From positions 118,314,050 to 118,378,049 of the forward strand of contig NC_068983.1 of the NCBI RefSeq assembly GCF_001194135.2: a stretch of DNA of 64,000 nucleotides, given 5' to 3'. A model generated the notes under the pieces. It was not told the DNA's origin. It worked only from the letters and a program-made list of their open reading frames with translations, and did no database searches. Source of the DNA: Octopus bimaculoides. Taxonomy: Eukaryota. Position numbers and translations under genes: made by a program. This document shows positions 12,119-24,950 of the stretch, one piece after another. How positions within the stretch are numbered: position 1 is the first letter of the stretch; each line of letters opens with the position of its first letter.

Positions 12119-13494
12119 ACATATATATATATAGGGAATACAGTCACTCACCTTCACTTTCCTCTTTCAAATACTTCTTAATAGTGGGAGATTTTTTTGT
12201 TTCTTCTCTTCTCTTCCTTCTCTGTTCTTTTCTGTCTTGCAAGTTACATGACAACCACACCAGTGACAGTGGCACAAAATAAAAGGAGAACACCAAAACC
12301 ACCAAGTACACTCTGTAAAGGAGTTGGCATTAGGAAGGGCATTCAGCAATAGAGACCATGCTAAATATGACATTGAAGCTTGACACAGCCTTGCACCTTG
12401 ACTGGTTCCCCGTCAAACCGCCCCACCCCTGTCAACATGAAAAGTGGATGTCAAATGATGAATAAGCTTCCACACAATTTCCGTTTACCAAATTCACTCA
12501 CAAGGCATTGTTTAACCAACATACACACATACATATATATTACCTTACTTGGAATCAGGTGAAGGTTGAGGACAGGAAAGGCATCCACCCGTAAAATTTG
12601 TCTCAATAAATTCTGTCTAACCCATGTATGCCTGGAAGAGGGGGTGTTAAAATGATGATGATGTTTTATCACAACAACCAAAAAAAAAAAAATACACATA
12701 GATGGTGACAATAATGCAAGATTTTATCATCAAGATTATAGCAACAAGAGGCAGATACTCTACCTAAAGCAGTGTCAACAAAATAAAAATGGTGTACTAT
12801 GCTAATATGTTAACTAAAATACTGAGACATTGTTCATCGCTAAGTTGTAAATAAATTTACCTGCAGGTGTTTTAAGAAAGATAAATTTTGTCTCTCTGTG
12901 CAAATAGATCCTATAGTAAAACCTTAGAATGATGTGTAGTTATACTTATAAAATGGGTTGAAGTACATCTCAGCTAGGTTTTACTTATTCACAAGCTTAA
13001 CAAGAAATATTTACTTCATCTCTTCTTTTGAGAGGGCACAGTATACAGCTACTTATGAAAAATATAATGAACAATACTTCCTGCCTGTGGTCATTTGCAT
13101 ATCAGTACATTAGTTGGTGACACATATTAATTGAAGCATTGAGCTAGTGTATTTGTGGATAAGTTATGTGTACATTTAATGCAAAAGTGACTTCTTGCAT
13201 TTTTTATATGTAGCTCTGTAGTATACTCTCGTCCTCTCTGTTGAACAGGTGAAATAAACACTTCAGTTGTCTAAAATGTCCTTCAATTTTATTTTTAAAA
13301 TCATTCAGTAGGAAGTGTAGTTGCTATTTAGGTTAACAGATTCTAAATGTTGAGGAATTAATTTAGAAGACCTATCATTTTCCTTAGATTTTTCATTATA
13401 TATAATTCCTATGATACGATTTTTTCGATTGTCTCCATGATACGAAATGATTAAAATAACCAAAAACATGATTTATTCTGTTTTTATTTTTCAG

Positions 13495-13785
13495 TTTGTA
13501 CCCAATCCTTATCTTCCTTTCGCTGTATTTATTGTGCCTTTACAGTCCAGTGGCTGCTATTCTTATTATGAACCCAAACATTTGTTTGTTTCGAGCATTA
13601 GTAAAATTTTATATCCTCTTTCTGATTGTCCTCTCGCTTGGAATACTTTGGCACATATTAAATTTGAAACACACAACAAGCTGTATCAAAGCCCTTGTTC
13701 AACAGATTGAGGAGTCATACTTGCTTTTCAAGAAATCATTGCGATTGATTCAAGAAGTAGAACTTGTCCAAAGAGGATTTACATT
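13495..13785 (+). CDS. VEZT: Vezatin exon 5, with transmembrane segments and KKSLRLIQEVELVQRGFTL
   Basis: Acceptor ttttcAG, donor GTaagt, 291 nt, phase 2/2. Two hydrophobic stretches precede a motif matching vezatin RKALRLIQETEVISRGFTL. Confidence 0.95.
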
Positions 13786-14136
13786 GTAAGTGATAACTTC
13801 TGCATTTGAAAATTACCAAACATTAATTAATATCGTTTCAAAAGGAGAGAAAGTAATTTCTCTTGTTATTTGCTTTTTTTTTATATTCGATGATTATTTA
13901 ATCTTTTTGTGACTAAATTTATTTGCTGTAAATTTAAATCTTTAAAATTCTAATATATACATTAATATATACATTTTAATATATACATTACTTGTGACAG
14001 TTCTAAATTTGAACTTAAAATCTAAGCAGAATTAATAAAAATAACTCATATTATTTCAAACTTATTTGAAATTGTTTTAATACAAATTACTTTTGTGTGA
14101 TTCTTACTTGTAAGACCAAATTTCTTTACTTTGCAG

Positions 14137-14280
14137 GGTAAGCAGTCAGATGACTATAAAATCTGGACAGTCTGCTTACAAATACAATCGTCTTTGTCCT
14201 GAACTCCGTAAATTAGTTTTCATCACTGCTCGTAGTAATATGCTGTTTTGCCGGAAATCAACTAATATTCTCCTGAATAT
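14137..14280 (+). CDS. VEZT: Vezatin exon 6 (VSSQMTIKSG...CPELRKLVFITARSNMLFCRKSTNILLN)
   Basis: Acceptor ttgcAG, 144 nt, phase 2/2. Resembles VSAA...[25 protein letters not shown]. The donor is U12-type GTATCCTTTT. Confidence 0.92.
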
Positions 14281-14834
14281 GTATCCTTTTCTTGAATAGT
14301 TGCTGACCAGGTGGAAAGCTTAAATGTGGCTCTACATTAAAGTATTGCTAAGAAGGTGGTGTTGCTTTTATGCACTCATTATCTTGACTGAATCTTCCCT
14401 GTTACAATCCATAAAGTTGACTGATAAAGAACCATTCCCCAACACTCTACAACCACTAGCTCAGAGATGCAATTTTTCTTGTCTTCTACAACTATAACAG
14501 CTTGTGCTTCACTCACTTAAACAAGTGCATATTACTTTCACCCAAACTTATTTCTTTCTTTGTCCTTACAGTGTTTCATTCCTCTAAATTCAACACTAAA
14601 TGCTTTGCCTAAACCTTCTGAGCCACAATTATCTGAATTCCCTACATAAATGAACAATTTCCAAAATAAATATTCACTAAAATAATTCAGTAAAATTATT
14701 TTATTTCCAATTTTTTTAATACGAAAATGTTTATCCTCTCTTATTTGTTAGTGTGTTTTCCAAAATAATTTATATTCAGTGCAAATTATTAAACCAAACC
14801 ATTATGTTACTTTAGTTTTCTTGACTAACAAAAG
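14281..14834 (+). other. U12-type (minor spliceosome) GT-AG intron, vezatin intron 6
   Basis: 5' site GTATCCTTTT. Branch-like TTTTCTTGAC with the A at 14824, 10 nt before the end of the AG. No polypyrimidine tract (TAACAAAAG). Splicing gives ILLNI-HPL, aligning with YMLKN-YPL. Confidence 0.88.
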
Positions 14835-14982
14835 ACATCCATTAGTGGAAGAAGTAGATAAAGCATCTACTTATTTAGCACATATTCCTTTGGAAGATTA
14901 TGGACCAAGTCTGCAACTTAGTGAAGACAATAATGACAATTTAAGTAAACTGACTGATGACTTTTCTGTAACTGCTTTAAAG
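14835..14982 (+). CDS. VEZT: Vezatin exon 7 (HPLVEEVDKASTYLAHIPL...LTDDFSVTALK)
   Basis: 148 nt, phase 2/0, donor GTaagt. Matches YPL...YICVVP...FTDGFSLPALK. Confidence 0.93.
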
Positions 14983-15118
14983 GTAAGTTTTCTTTTAACT
15001 TTTCATAATAATAATTTACTGTAAAGGCAACCCCTTTGATTTAAAACCACATTTGTTTTTTCGTAATTGATATAAACATCGTTTCTTAAAGAATTTTTCC
15101 TACTTTGGTTTGTTATAG

Positions 15119-15212
15119 GCTATGATGTACCTGTATAATATGCAGCAATCAGAGCTTCTACGACGACTTGCTCTCTGTTTCTGTATCAATGCTCTTCCTG
15201 AAGATCAGAAAG
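15119..15212 (+). CDS. VEZT: Vezatin exon 8 (AMMYLYNMQQSELLRRLALCF...)
   Basis: Acceptor ttatAG, donor GTtaaa, 94 nt, phase 0/1. Matches QSSEFFRRLALLL. Confidence 0.92.
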
Positions 15213-15874
15213 GTTAAAAAATTTTTGTTAAATCTCATGATATTCTTATCAGAAAATATTTATTTTATTAAAACCATTTTCCATATAATTTCCCCTTTAA
15301 CGTTGCCATTCTGATTGGCATAGAATTAGTTCTTTATTTTCCTATCCATGACTTTCTTCTGATATGTGTCAGAAGGATTTGTAAATTTAAAATTTTCATA
15401 TGAATTGGTTTAGCTAACAAGTTCAAATTATTTAAAATAAATTGGTCATATTCCATTTCTGTTTCATTCAGCTGTATCTAATCTCTCTTTGGTAAAAGAT
15501 TTGGTTTTAAAAGTTAGACTTTCCTTTCCCCCATAGCATTAAATATATTCCGTTGTTTGAATTATTTGTATTCCTACTGATGCTGAACATCACAAATTTA
15601 CTAGGATTCTACTGTTACCACAAGCAGTGGTAACATTTTAATTTTTTTTACAACATAACAAAGCTGCTAACAAGATTTGAAGAAGTTTCAAGGCTTAAAT
15701 TTAAGACATTGTAGTCATTCAACTAGCAAATTAATTCCATGATATTTAAACCTTTTATTTCTATTCTTAGTTGCAGCTACTTCACATGAGTGGTCAGTAT
15801 AGTATAATATTTGCCAACCTTTTTGAAAATAGTATCATTTGTGAAATTATCCAACCAAGGGTCTAAGGTGATCA

Positions 15875-16080
15875 ATGCCAGGCCCGCCTGACTGGCTCTT
15901 GTGCCGGTGGCATGTAAAAAGCACCCACTACACTCTTGGAGTGGTTGGTGTTAGGAAGGGCATTCAGCTGTAGAAACATTCCCAGATCAGATTGGAGCCT
16001 GGTGCAGCCGCTGGCTCTCCAAACCTCAGTCAAACCGTCCAACCCATGCCAGCATGGAAAACAGACATTAAACAATGATT
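15875..16080 (+). mobile_element. RTE-tailed SINE family B, 3' part
   Basis: GGAAGGGCATTCAGCTGTAGAAA...CCAACCCATGCCAGCATGGAAA...TTAAACAATGAT, shared with many copies. Confidence 0.85.
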
Positions 16081-16197
16081 TGATGGTTATGAATACAAGA
16101 GGAGCATCATAAAAATACTCACATAGAAATAAAGCTTTGTTTTAAAAATAAAGTAAAATTAAATTTGTTTAGAAATAACGAAAACTTTTCTCTTAAT

Positions 16198-16994
16198 NNN
16201 NNNNNNNNNNNNNNNNNNNNNNNNNNNNNNNNNNNNNNNNNNNNNNNNNNNNNNNNNNNNNNNNNNNNNNNNNNNNNNNNNNNNNNNNNNNNNNNNNNNN
16301 NNNNNNNNNNNNNNNNNNNNNNNNNNNNNNNNNNNNNNNNNNNNNNNNNNNNNNNNNNNNNNNNNNNNNNNNNNNNNNNNNNNNNNNNNNNNNNNNNNNN
16401 NNNNNNNNNNNNNNNNNNNNNNNNNNNNNNNNNNNNNNNNNNNNNNNNNNNNNNNNNNNNNNNNNNNNNNNNNNNNNNNNNNNNNNNNNNNNNNNNNNNN
16501 NNNNNNNNNNNNNNNNNNNNNNNNNNNNNNNNNNNNNNNNNNNNNNNNNNNNNNNNNNNNNNNNNNNNNNNNNNNNNNNNNNNNNNNNNNNNNNNNNNNN
16601 NNNNNNNNNNNNNNNNNNNNNNNNNNNNNNNNNNNNNNNNNNNNNNNNNNNNNNNNNNNNNNNNNNNNNNNNNNNNNNNNNNNNNNNNNNNNNNNNNNNN
16701 NNNNNNNNNNNNNNNNNNNNNNNNNNNNNNNNNNNNNNNNNNNNNNNNNNNNNNNNNNNNNNNNNNNNNNNNNNNNNNNNNNNNNNNNNNNNNNNNNNNN
16801 NNNNNNNNNNNNNNNNNNNNNNNNNNNNNNNNNNNNNNNNNNNNNNNNNNNNNNNNNNNNNNNNNNNNNNNNNNNNNNNNNNNNNNNNNNNNNNNNNNNN
16901 NNNNNNNNNNNNNNNNNNNNNNNNNNNNNNNNNNNNNNNNNNNNNNNNNNNNNNNNNNNNNNNNNNNNNNNNNNNNNNNNNNNNNNNNNNNNNN
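16198..16994. other. Assembly gap (N); others at 4009-4700, 32318-32842, 39839-40700, 42062-42785, about 47070-47103, 47672-47681, about 49028-49075 and 56481-57074
   Basis: Runs of N, mostly bordered by microsatellites or SINEs. Confidence 0.99.
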
Positions 16995-17614
16995 GCCTGA
17001 CTGGCTCTTGTGCCGGTGGCATGTAAAAAGCACCCACTACACTCTTGGAGTGGTTGGTGTTAGGAAGGGCATTCAGCTGTAGAAATGAGTTGCAACATTA
17101 CTGGTGCCAAGCTGTATTGGCCTTTGCTTTTCCCTTGGATAACATTGGTGACATAGGCAACTGCTGATCTTCCATAAACAACTTTGCTCAAACTTGTGCC
17201 TCAGAGGGTAACTTTCTAGGTGCAATCCCATGGTCATTCATGGCCAAAGGAGGTCTTTCACCCTTTTACTGATTAGTTTGAGTGTTTAATAAGTATGATT
17301 CTTATAAGACAATAATTAGAAATAATCTTCCAGAATTGGAAATAAATAAGTTGAGTTAGTTCCATTGAAACCCGAATGAGGCAAATATATTGATAAAATC
17401 ACAGAATATCAATCACATTGATCAATATATGCAAAAATTATGACCTGCATTGCTGTAGATACAGAAGGGAACATGTAATATATGTTGTATAAGCAAGTAT
17501 GAGAATAAAAAGTATCTACAGATGAGGTAGGCAAAAGAGGAGTTAAATTAACTCTTGAAATATTGGATCTCACAGGTCTGATAACACAATAGAATGCAAA
17601 TATACACAAGGTAT

Positions 17615-17858
17615 TATTTATCCCCATTTAAACGTGGATGTTCTGTTAGAACAAACTATACTGCAGTAGATGCCATGAGAGAAACTCATATTGGCTTTTG
17701 GTGCAGAATGCACTCTTGTTTATATCACAGTTATAAGCAAGAATGCATTTGTGCATTTTACATTTTGCACCAAAAGCAAATATGAGAGTTTCTCTCATGG
17801 TATTTACCTCTGTATAGTTTGTTCTAACAGAACATCCACGTTTAAGCAGAGATAAATA
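17615..17858. repeat. Fold-back palindrome, about 244 bp (MITE-like)
   Basis: AAACGTGGATGTTCTGTTAGAACAAACTATA pairs with TATAGTTTGTTCTAACAGAACATCCACGTTT. Pairing continues inward to a loop of about 7 nt, with one bulge. Confidence 0.9.
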
Positions 17859-17961
17859 TTTCTTCTCGGTATTAAGACTGCCTCCGTTGCTAATATATAT
17901 ACATCAGATATATCTTTAAGCACTGTTTTATCCTTTTTTTTTTTTTGACTTTTTTTCTAAG

Positions 17962-18179
17962 GTCATCAAATTTGAGTTCTGAATTTGAAAAATATTTCGA
18001 AGTAAATGCAGAAAATGTTATAAGCAACGACGAACAAAATGAGTGTGAAATTACTGCCAAAGAAAATCAATGGTACTCTCACTTACAATCAATAAAAGCT
18101 GAACTTGAGGCCTGCCGTGCTTGTTATGAAATTGGCTTGGACAAATTTGAAAAGATGTTCAAAAAGCAGCAAGAGCCAA
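17962..18179 (+). CDS. VEZT: Vezatin exon (provisional 10; ...HLQSIKAELEACRACYEIGLDKFEKMFKK...)
   Basis: T-tract with ctaAG acceptor, donor GTatgt, 218 nt, phase 2/1. Aligns loosely with [24 protein letters not shown]. Confidence 0.8.
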
Positions 18180-21100
18180 GTATGTATTCTATTATGAAAT
18201 TGTAAAAACTTAAAGATATTGTATCTATTGTTCTAGGTCTATGGTTAAACAGTTTTCATAACAAAATTCAATCCTGAATTTTATATGAACATAAAGGTAG
18301 ACAGCTCAAAATAATGATTTCTAGCCATTGAACTTAGTAATGTATTTCTATTAATGGTTCAAGAATTTAATATCATTTATAGTTACCATCTCTATCATAT
18401 GCAATATCCCATGTTATTTTAAACTGGACCTATCTTCATTGCAGAACATATTTTTTTTATTATCTCGTATCATTTCGTCATTGCTACTTAAACTTGAATT
18501 AACTACCGTTTTTTGTGTTTTTTTCTTATTCTTATTTTACCCACATTTTCCTGTAGTTCATACCATTTTGCCATATAAATAATAAATATTATTATTGACT
18601 CCAATGGTGATAGAAAAACCCTCCAAAAAACTGCTCTGTTTATATCTATCAGTTGATAAATACTGTTACAGTTGTCTCCCTTGAACTTTTAAACAAAAAA
18701 CCTAACTTCAGGAACTTGTATGGACAATCATGCCTTCAAAATATACTCCACAATGAATAATAACATAACGATTTCTAGCTTTAGTACAAGACCCCAAAAT
18801 TTGCTAGGAAGTCATATAATAAATCTTTCACAATATATTACTAGTACTTATTTAATCTATAAAAAAAGATTAACTATGTTGCCATTGTAGAAGTAGGTGA
18901 ACATTTTTTCATGAAAATGTAATAATTCATGAAAAAAAGGATCCTTATTATTATTATTAAGTACCAAAGAGGGATTATCTAAGAGATTACTTGGTCTGCT
19001 AGAAAATAGCCAAATATTCCCTAAATGTAAAGAGTTACTGAATAATGTAGTCCATTGCTTGAAAGACAAATAAGTGGAGTGGTCATCACTGAAATGCTTT
19101 TGATCATAGGTTTCCTCAACTGACGCTGATCTGGGGATATACAGTAAAGGAACAGTTAAATAGGATACTTAGCTGCTGATGAAATACCAACATCAGATTG
19201 AAACTAGTCTAGCTGATCATTACTTTTCTATCCACAAATACATTGTATATGAAAACAAAGTGTGTACAGCTGTCTGTACATACAGTATTGGCTAAAAACC
19301 CATAGATGATATAGTTATTCTACAGCACAGTAGAGCATTAAAACAAAATACTGCTGACTAGCAATTAATTTATTTAGTTAATGGATCTCCATTGACAATG
19401 AACATTCCAGTTGTTAGGTTAACTGAACGATGCACTCTTGAATTATAGTGTAAGAGTTCTTGTGCCTTTACTATAATTCTCAGGCAATCTAATCTGCTTC
19501 TCCATCTTTTCTGTCTATCTAATTTCACACTCATTGCTGTGGTAAAGGTTACTTGTCTTTGATGCCATACATTGGGTTTGAACCCAGGATCTTTTGATTG
19601 CAAAATAAACTTCTTAACCACTCAGGAATGCCTGCATCCTGAAGATATACAGTTACAATTGAGAAATCCCTTAACCCTTTGTGGGTTGTTGGGGTGCTGC
19701 AGCCATGCAACGTATCTAGGGTGAGAAAGCCTGGTGGAGCCCATCCCTCTCCAGGCTAAACTCATTTCTACAGCTGAATGAACTTGAGTAATGTGAAATG
19801 AAGTGTTTTGCTCAAGAACACAATGGATCACCCAGTCGAGGAGTTGAAACCACAATCTTACAGTTGGGAATCCAACACCCTAACCACTAAGTGACACTAG
19901 TGGTACTCATTTCTACAGCTGAGTGGACTGGAGCAACATGAAATGAAGTGTTTTGCTCAAGAACACAACGCTTTGGCTGGTTCAGGAATCAGAACCACAA
20001 TCTTACAATCGTGAGTCCAGCATCCTAACCACTAAGCCATGTGCCTCCACCTAGCCATGCTCTTCCAGCTAAACATATAAAAACCTTATTTTTTTTTAGA
20101 TTAAATAATGGATTCTTTGCATTGTTAAGTACAACATCATGTCATCATTATGATGATGATGATCATTGTTTTAACATTCACTGTTCTTTGTTTTCATGCA
20201 TTAGGTTAAATGAAATTGTGTTGAGGCAAGTTTTTTAATAGTTGGATGCTCTTCCTGTCTCCAACCTTCCCCTGTTTCAAAGTAAAGTAAAATTTACCCT
20301 AATCTTTTGGACACTCTATGGTTCAGGTATTGGATAAGCTTTCACGGAGGATTGCTAACAAATTACACTGTTTTTCCTTGATGGTAATTTTGTTTACAGT
20401 CAGTGTGTTATACATCAGGACAAGGAGAAATGCGCACTCATACCTTGTCGTTGTCGGCTATCCATCGTAGGTAGACATTGGCTGTTCTTGTTCAGTAATC
20501 ATCTCCAGCAGGCTCGCATGTGGGCTACAAGGCCTGCTCTTGATCTGCAGCCGCGATGATCTCTGCTGCAGGTGAATCTACTTCATGCAACAGAGAAATG
20601 ACTCTTTTCATGCGCTCTTTCATATTCCCTCTGTTGTTTCTTCTCAGTGGCTGGAATTATGAGCTTCAGTGATCAGTGCCATTCATTGCACTACTTGGCC
20701 TTCTCTTCCCAGGTGTCTGGAGAGATGCTGGAGTTCTTCAGCACATCCCTGTATTGCAACCTCTGGCCACCATGGCTCTGCTTGCCCTAATGCAGTTCAG
20801 GGTGGAAAACTGTCTCTGAGACTCTGCTGCTCTCCATCCTTTCCACTATATCCTTTCCACCGCCTTCCCCCAGCACAGCATAGGATGTCTACATCAGGAA
20901 TGTGATCCTGCCATTTGTTATGCAAGATGGAGCGTAGATGACAAAGTTGGTCTTGTATCAGGGCCTTAATGTACCAGCAGCAGAGGACCATGCATTTTGT
21001 GACATAGAGGAGTCAAGGGAGCACTGAAACACTGTACACCTTGAAGGTTATTGTGGCCAAGTGGAAGATATGCACCATCACACAATGGTTGGGCACCAAC

Positions 21101-22523
21101 TAGCAAATGAGTTGCTACTGTAGGGCAGCCCCACTCACACATGCACCACACAGATACATGCATATATATCATCAATATCATCATCATTTTAATATCCACA
21201 TTTTTATGCTTGCACAGGTTCGATAGAATTTGGTATATTTTCTATGACTGATACCATTTCTGTCACTAACATTCACTGTTTCTAAGTAAGGTAATATTTT
21301 CGCATGACCAAACATGTTTTCATGGAAGATTGGAAACAGAGGACACCATTTGTAGTGCACCTGAGCACTCTACACAATAATTTCATTATCATTTGTAAAG
21401 CAATGACACTTGTTTGTGATATTAAGACAAGGAGACACCAATACATAAACACACATATACATATATGATGGGCTTCTTTCAGTTTCCATCTACCAAATCC
21501 ACTTACAAAGCTTTGATTTAGCCCGTGATCCACCAGTACTTTGCAGGTGAACTTGGTTGCAGAAAACTGTATGAATGCCTGTTGTATATATGTGTGTGTT
21601 TATATGCATACATTTTTGTGTTTGTCTATCACCACTTGACATTCTGTGTTGGTTTGTTTACATCCCTGTAATTTAGAAGTTCAGCAAAATTAGAGTGACA
21701 TGATAAATACTAGACTTAAAGAATAAGAACTATGGTCATTTTGATCACAATCCAAAGACTGAAATTGGTAAAAATGTAATCATTATGATGTATGTATGGA
21801 GCATCAAATTTGCATGATTAGTAATGAATGTTTTGATGTTGTAAGGCAGTGAGCTGGCAGAATCATTAAAACACCAGGCAAAATGCTTAGTATTCTGAGT
21901 TAAAATTCTTCCGAGGTTGACTTTACCTTTCATCCTTTTGGGATTGATAAAATAAGTACCAGTTGATCACTGGAGTTGATGTAATCGGCCCACCCCATCT
22001 CCCCAAATTGCTGGTTTTGTGCCACAATTTGAAACCAATATTTTGATGTATAAACATTTTTTTTGATTATTGTATTCTTAAATTTCACAAGCAAGGACCT
22101 TCTTTTAATTAGAAATTGCTTTGATATTTTAACTAAAGAAAATTAATTGATTTGAGAAAATGGTTTAAAACTTTTTTCCATTCTGGACCCAGGTAATAAT
22201 ACTCAGTGTTTCTTTTAAGTGACTTTGCCTATGGATTATTGAATGAAGTAGATGAAACAAATACCTATCAATGATTATTATATTTATGGTCTATCAAGTC
22301 AACTTATTAACATGATAAAACTTGTAGATCATTAAGTTCGTAATAAATTAGGCAGATGAATGAAACTTTATCTAATTTTCCTAACTGCACAACACTGTAG
22401 CTATATAGTTTACTTATAATTTATGTTCAAAACTGAAAATATTACCCTTGCTATTCTTTTAATTTCTTTATTTCAGTGTAAACAAATTTATTTGTTTAGT
22501 GAAATCATCATATGAACAAATTC

Positions 22524-22573
<50 letters not shown>

Positions 22574-23686
22574 TACACGCCTGTGTGTGTGTGTGTTTGT
22601 GTATTGTCATCACTACACCACCGTCATCATTTAATATTCACTCTCCATGTTGTCATGGGTCAGATGGTTCAAAAGGATCTGGCAAGCCAGAGGACTGTGC
22701 TAGGATCCAATGTCTGCTTTGGCATGGTTTTATATGACTGGATATCCTTCCTAATGCTCACCAACTTACAGAGTGTACAGGGTGCTTTTTATGTGGCACA
22801 TGTGTGTGTAAGGAATTGTGCTAACATTGATATATAATCATTTGATCCCTCTGGCCCATGTATAAGTGGCTACATTGGAGCACTTATGCCTACTTCTACC
22901 CTCCCTCCTGTACTGCTGGTCATCTTCCTGTGTCAGTCAGCCTGCCAACTTTTTCTTGCTCTTTTTTCCCAATACTTCCTGGGTTCCTGTCATCTCTCAA
23001 TCTCCTAGGTAACAGATTTCTGTCACCTCTCTGCCATCTTAGTCATACTGCTTTCGATATACATACCCATCTCACAATACTAAACTCTCCATTACTCCCT
23101 CTCTGTCATACTTCCATGACTAACATTCATGCTGCTATCACTTACACTTCTTATTTCTGTAAAGCAGTTTGGCCAGTGAGCAGAGAAATGTGTTCATGGA
23201 AATAGTTAACTCTCCCGTAGTGGTGTCACAAAAAATGCCTCCCATATATTCTGTAAAAGGTGTGGTTGTGTGGACCTTTTAGCCTTGTCGAAGACGTGAC
23301 ACTTTTCTAATACTGGTACCTTGAAAAAAAGCACCCAGTACACTCTCTAAAGTGGTTACAGTTGGGAAGGGTATCCAATCATAGAAACCAACATGAAAAT
23401 GAAACACTAGTTCCCTAGCCCATTTAACTGAGTGCTGCCTCTGAATTAGTACTGATTCCAACTGTGACACCCCATCCAAACCATGCCAGCATGGAAAGTC
23501 AATATAAAATGATACATATAATATAAATGTGTGTGTGTGTGTGTGTGTGTATAAAGAATTGAGCAAGCTATGATATATGATGTAATTACATCATTTTTGT
23601 TTATTTTAGATTAAAAAAACATTCCGACTGAAATTAAGCATTGCTTTGAATGAGAATATTATCTTAAAGTTATATTTCATTTTTAG

Positions 23687-23775
23687 CTCCAAAACTTAAT
23701 CCGAAAATTAATACCAAAGAAAAAGATGAGAAAATAATTTGTGCTGAAGATATCAATCCAGTAATTGTTGATGAG
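23687..23775 (+). CDS. VEZT: Vezatin exon (provisional 11; ...EDINPVIVDE)
   Basis: Acceptor ttttAG, donor GTaaat, 89 nt, phase 1/0, compatible with both neighbours. Resembles DKDPIPEEQ. Confidence 0.8.
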
Positions 23776-24084
23776 GTAAATTTTTAAATATTGCAGTTAA
23801 AGACCAAGCTCTTTTTCTTATACAGACCAAAGTTAATTTTGGGATGGAGATGAGGAGTGGCTTACATGAGTTGCTGAAATTCTAACCCTTGATATTAAAT
23901 ATATTTATTAACCTCTTTTTACTTCTCATATTTTGTAAATAATTTTAATTTCTAAATTCACATTGTGTATAAAGAAATGCTGAGAAGTAAATCTAAAATT
24001 TTAATCTCATGTTTATGTAAACCATTCATATTACATTCAGTTCATACAGTTTGTTAAGTATTTTCTGTGATTGCATACAATGCC

Positions 24085-24440
24085 TATTTCATCGCCTTCC
24101 TGGCACTTGTGCCGGATGGCACGTGTAAAGACATTCAAGCGAGATCGTTGCCAGTGCCGCCGAACTGGCTCCTGTGCAGGTGGCACGTAAAATACACCAT
24201 TTTGAGCGTGGCCGTTGCCAGTACCGCCTGACTGGCCCTCATGCCAGTGGCACGTAAACGCATCCACTACACTCTCAGAGCAGTTGGTCTTAGGAAGGGC
24301 ATCCAGCTGTAGAAACTCTGCCAAATCAGATTGGAGCCTGGTGTAGCCATCTGGTTTCATCAGTCCTCAGTCAAATCGTCCAACCCATGCTATCATGGAA
24401 AGCGGACGTTAAACGACGACGATAATGATGATGATGATTT
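24085..24440 (+). mobile_element. RTE-tailed SINE family B, young copy
   Basis: CpG-intact, ends in GTTAAACGACGACGATAATGATG. About 90% identical by eye to the reverse complement of 29590-29960. Confidence 0.9.
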
Positions 24441-24950
24441 AAATTAGTTCATGTTTTGTATTTCTGTTTATACATGTATATCACATACAGTTTGTATGGT
24501 TCTGTTTGTAATGTAGAATGTTTGTATTTAATTCAGAGAGTAAGCTCACACTTTTCCCTATATGCATATCATAATCATATATGAAATATAGTTTGTATTT
24601 ATTTAAGCAATACCTTTGAAATTCATTTCAATTATATCCCGATTATATTTGATTAAATGGCAGGATATCAAAATAATTTTTTGAAACTCCTTGCTTGTGT
24701 TTAATATACTAACATAATGTTTTCAAATGTGCTGACTTATGCTGTGGAATTTCCATGGATTATCTTTATTAAAGCTTACCTACTTCAAATGGGAACAAAA
24801 AGTCTATAGTCAAGTATCAATAAATTTCATGCATATTAACATACGTAATTTTATGAGGGAGAAATGTTTAAAATAAAATATAGAATTAGAAAGAAAACAC
24901 AAAACCAAAAGAAGGCATCACAGGTAGTGTCTAATTTAATAAATGTGAAG

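Noticed and set aside
15606-15630. 25-nt AG/GT-bounded segment that would fix the phase between exon 8 and exon 10
   Set aside because: It is far too short for the missing conserved region and has no similarity to vezatin.
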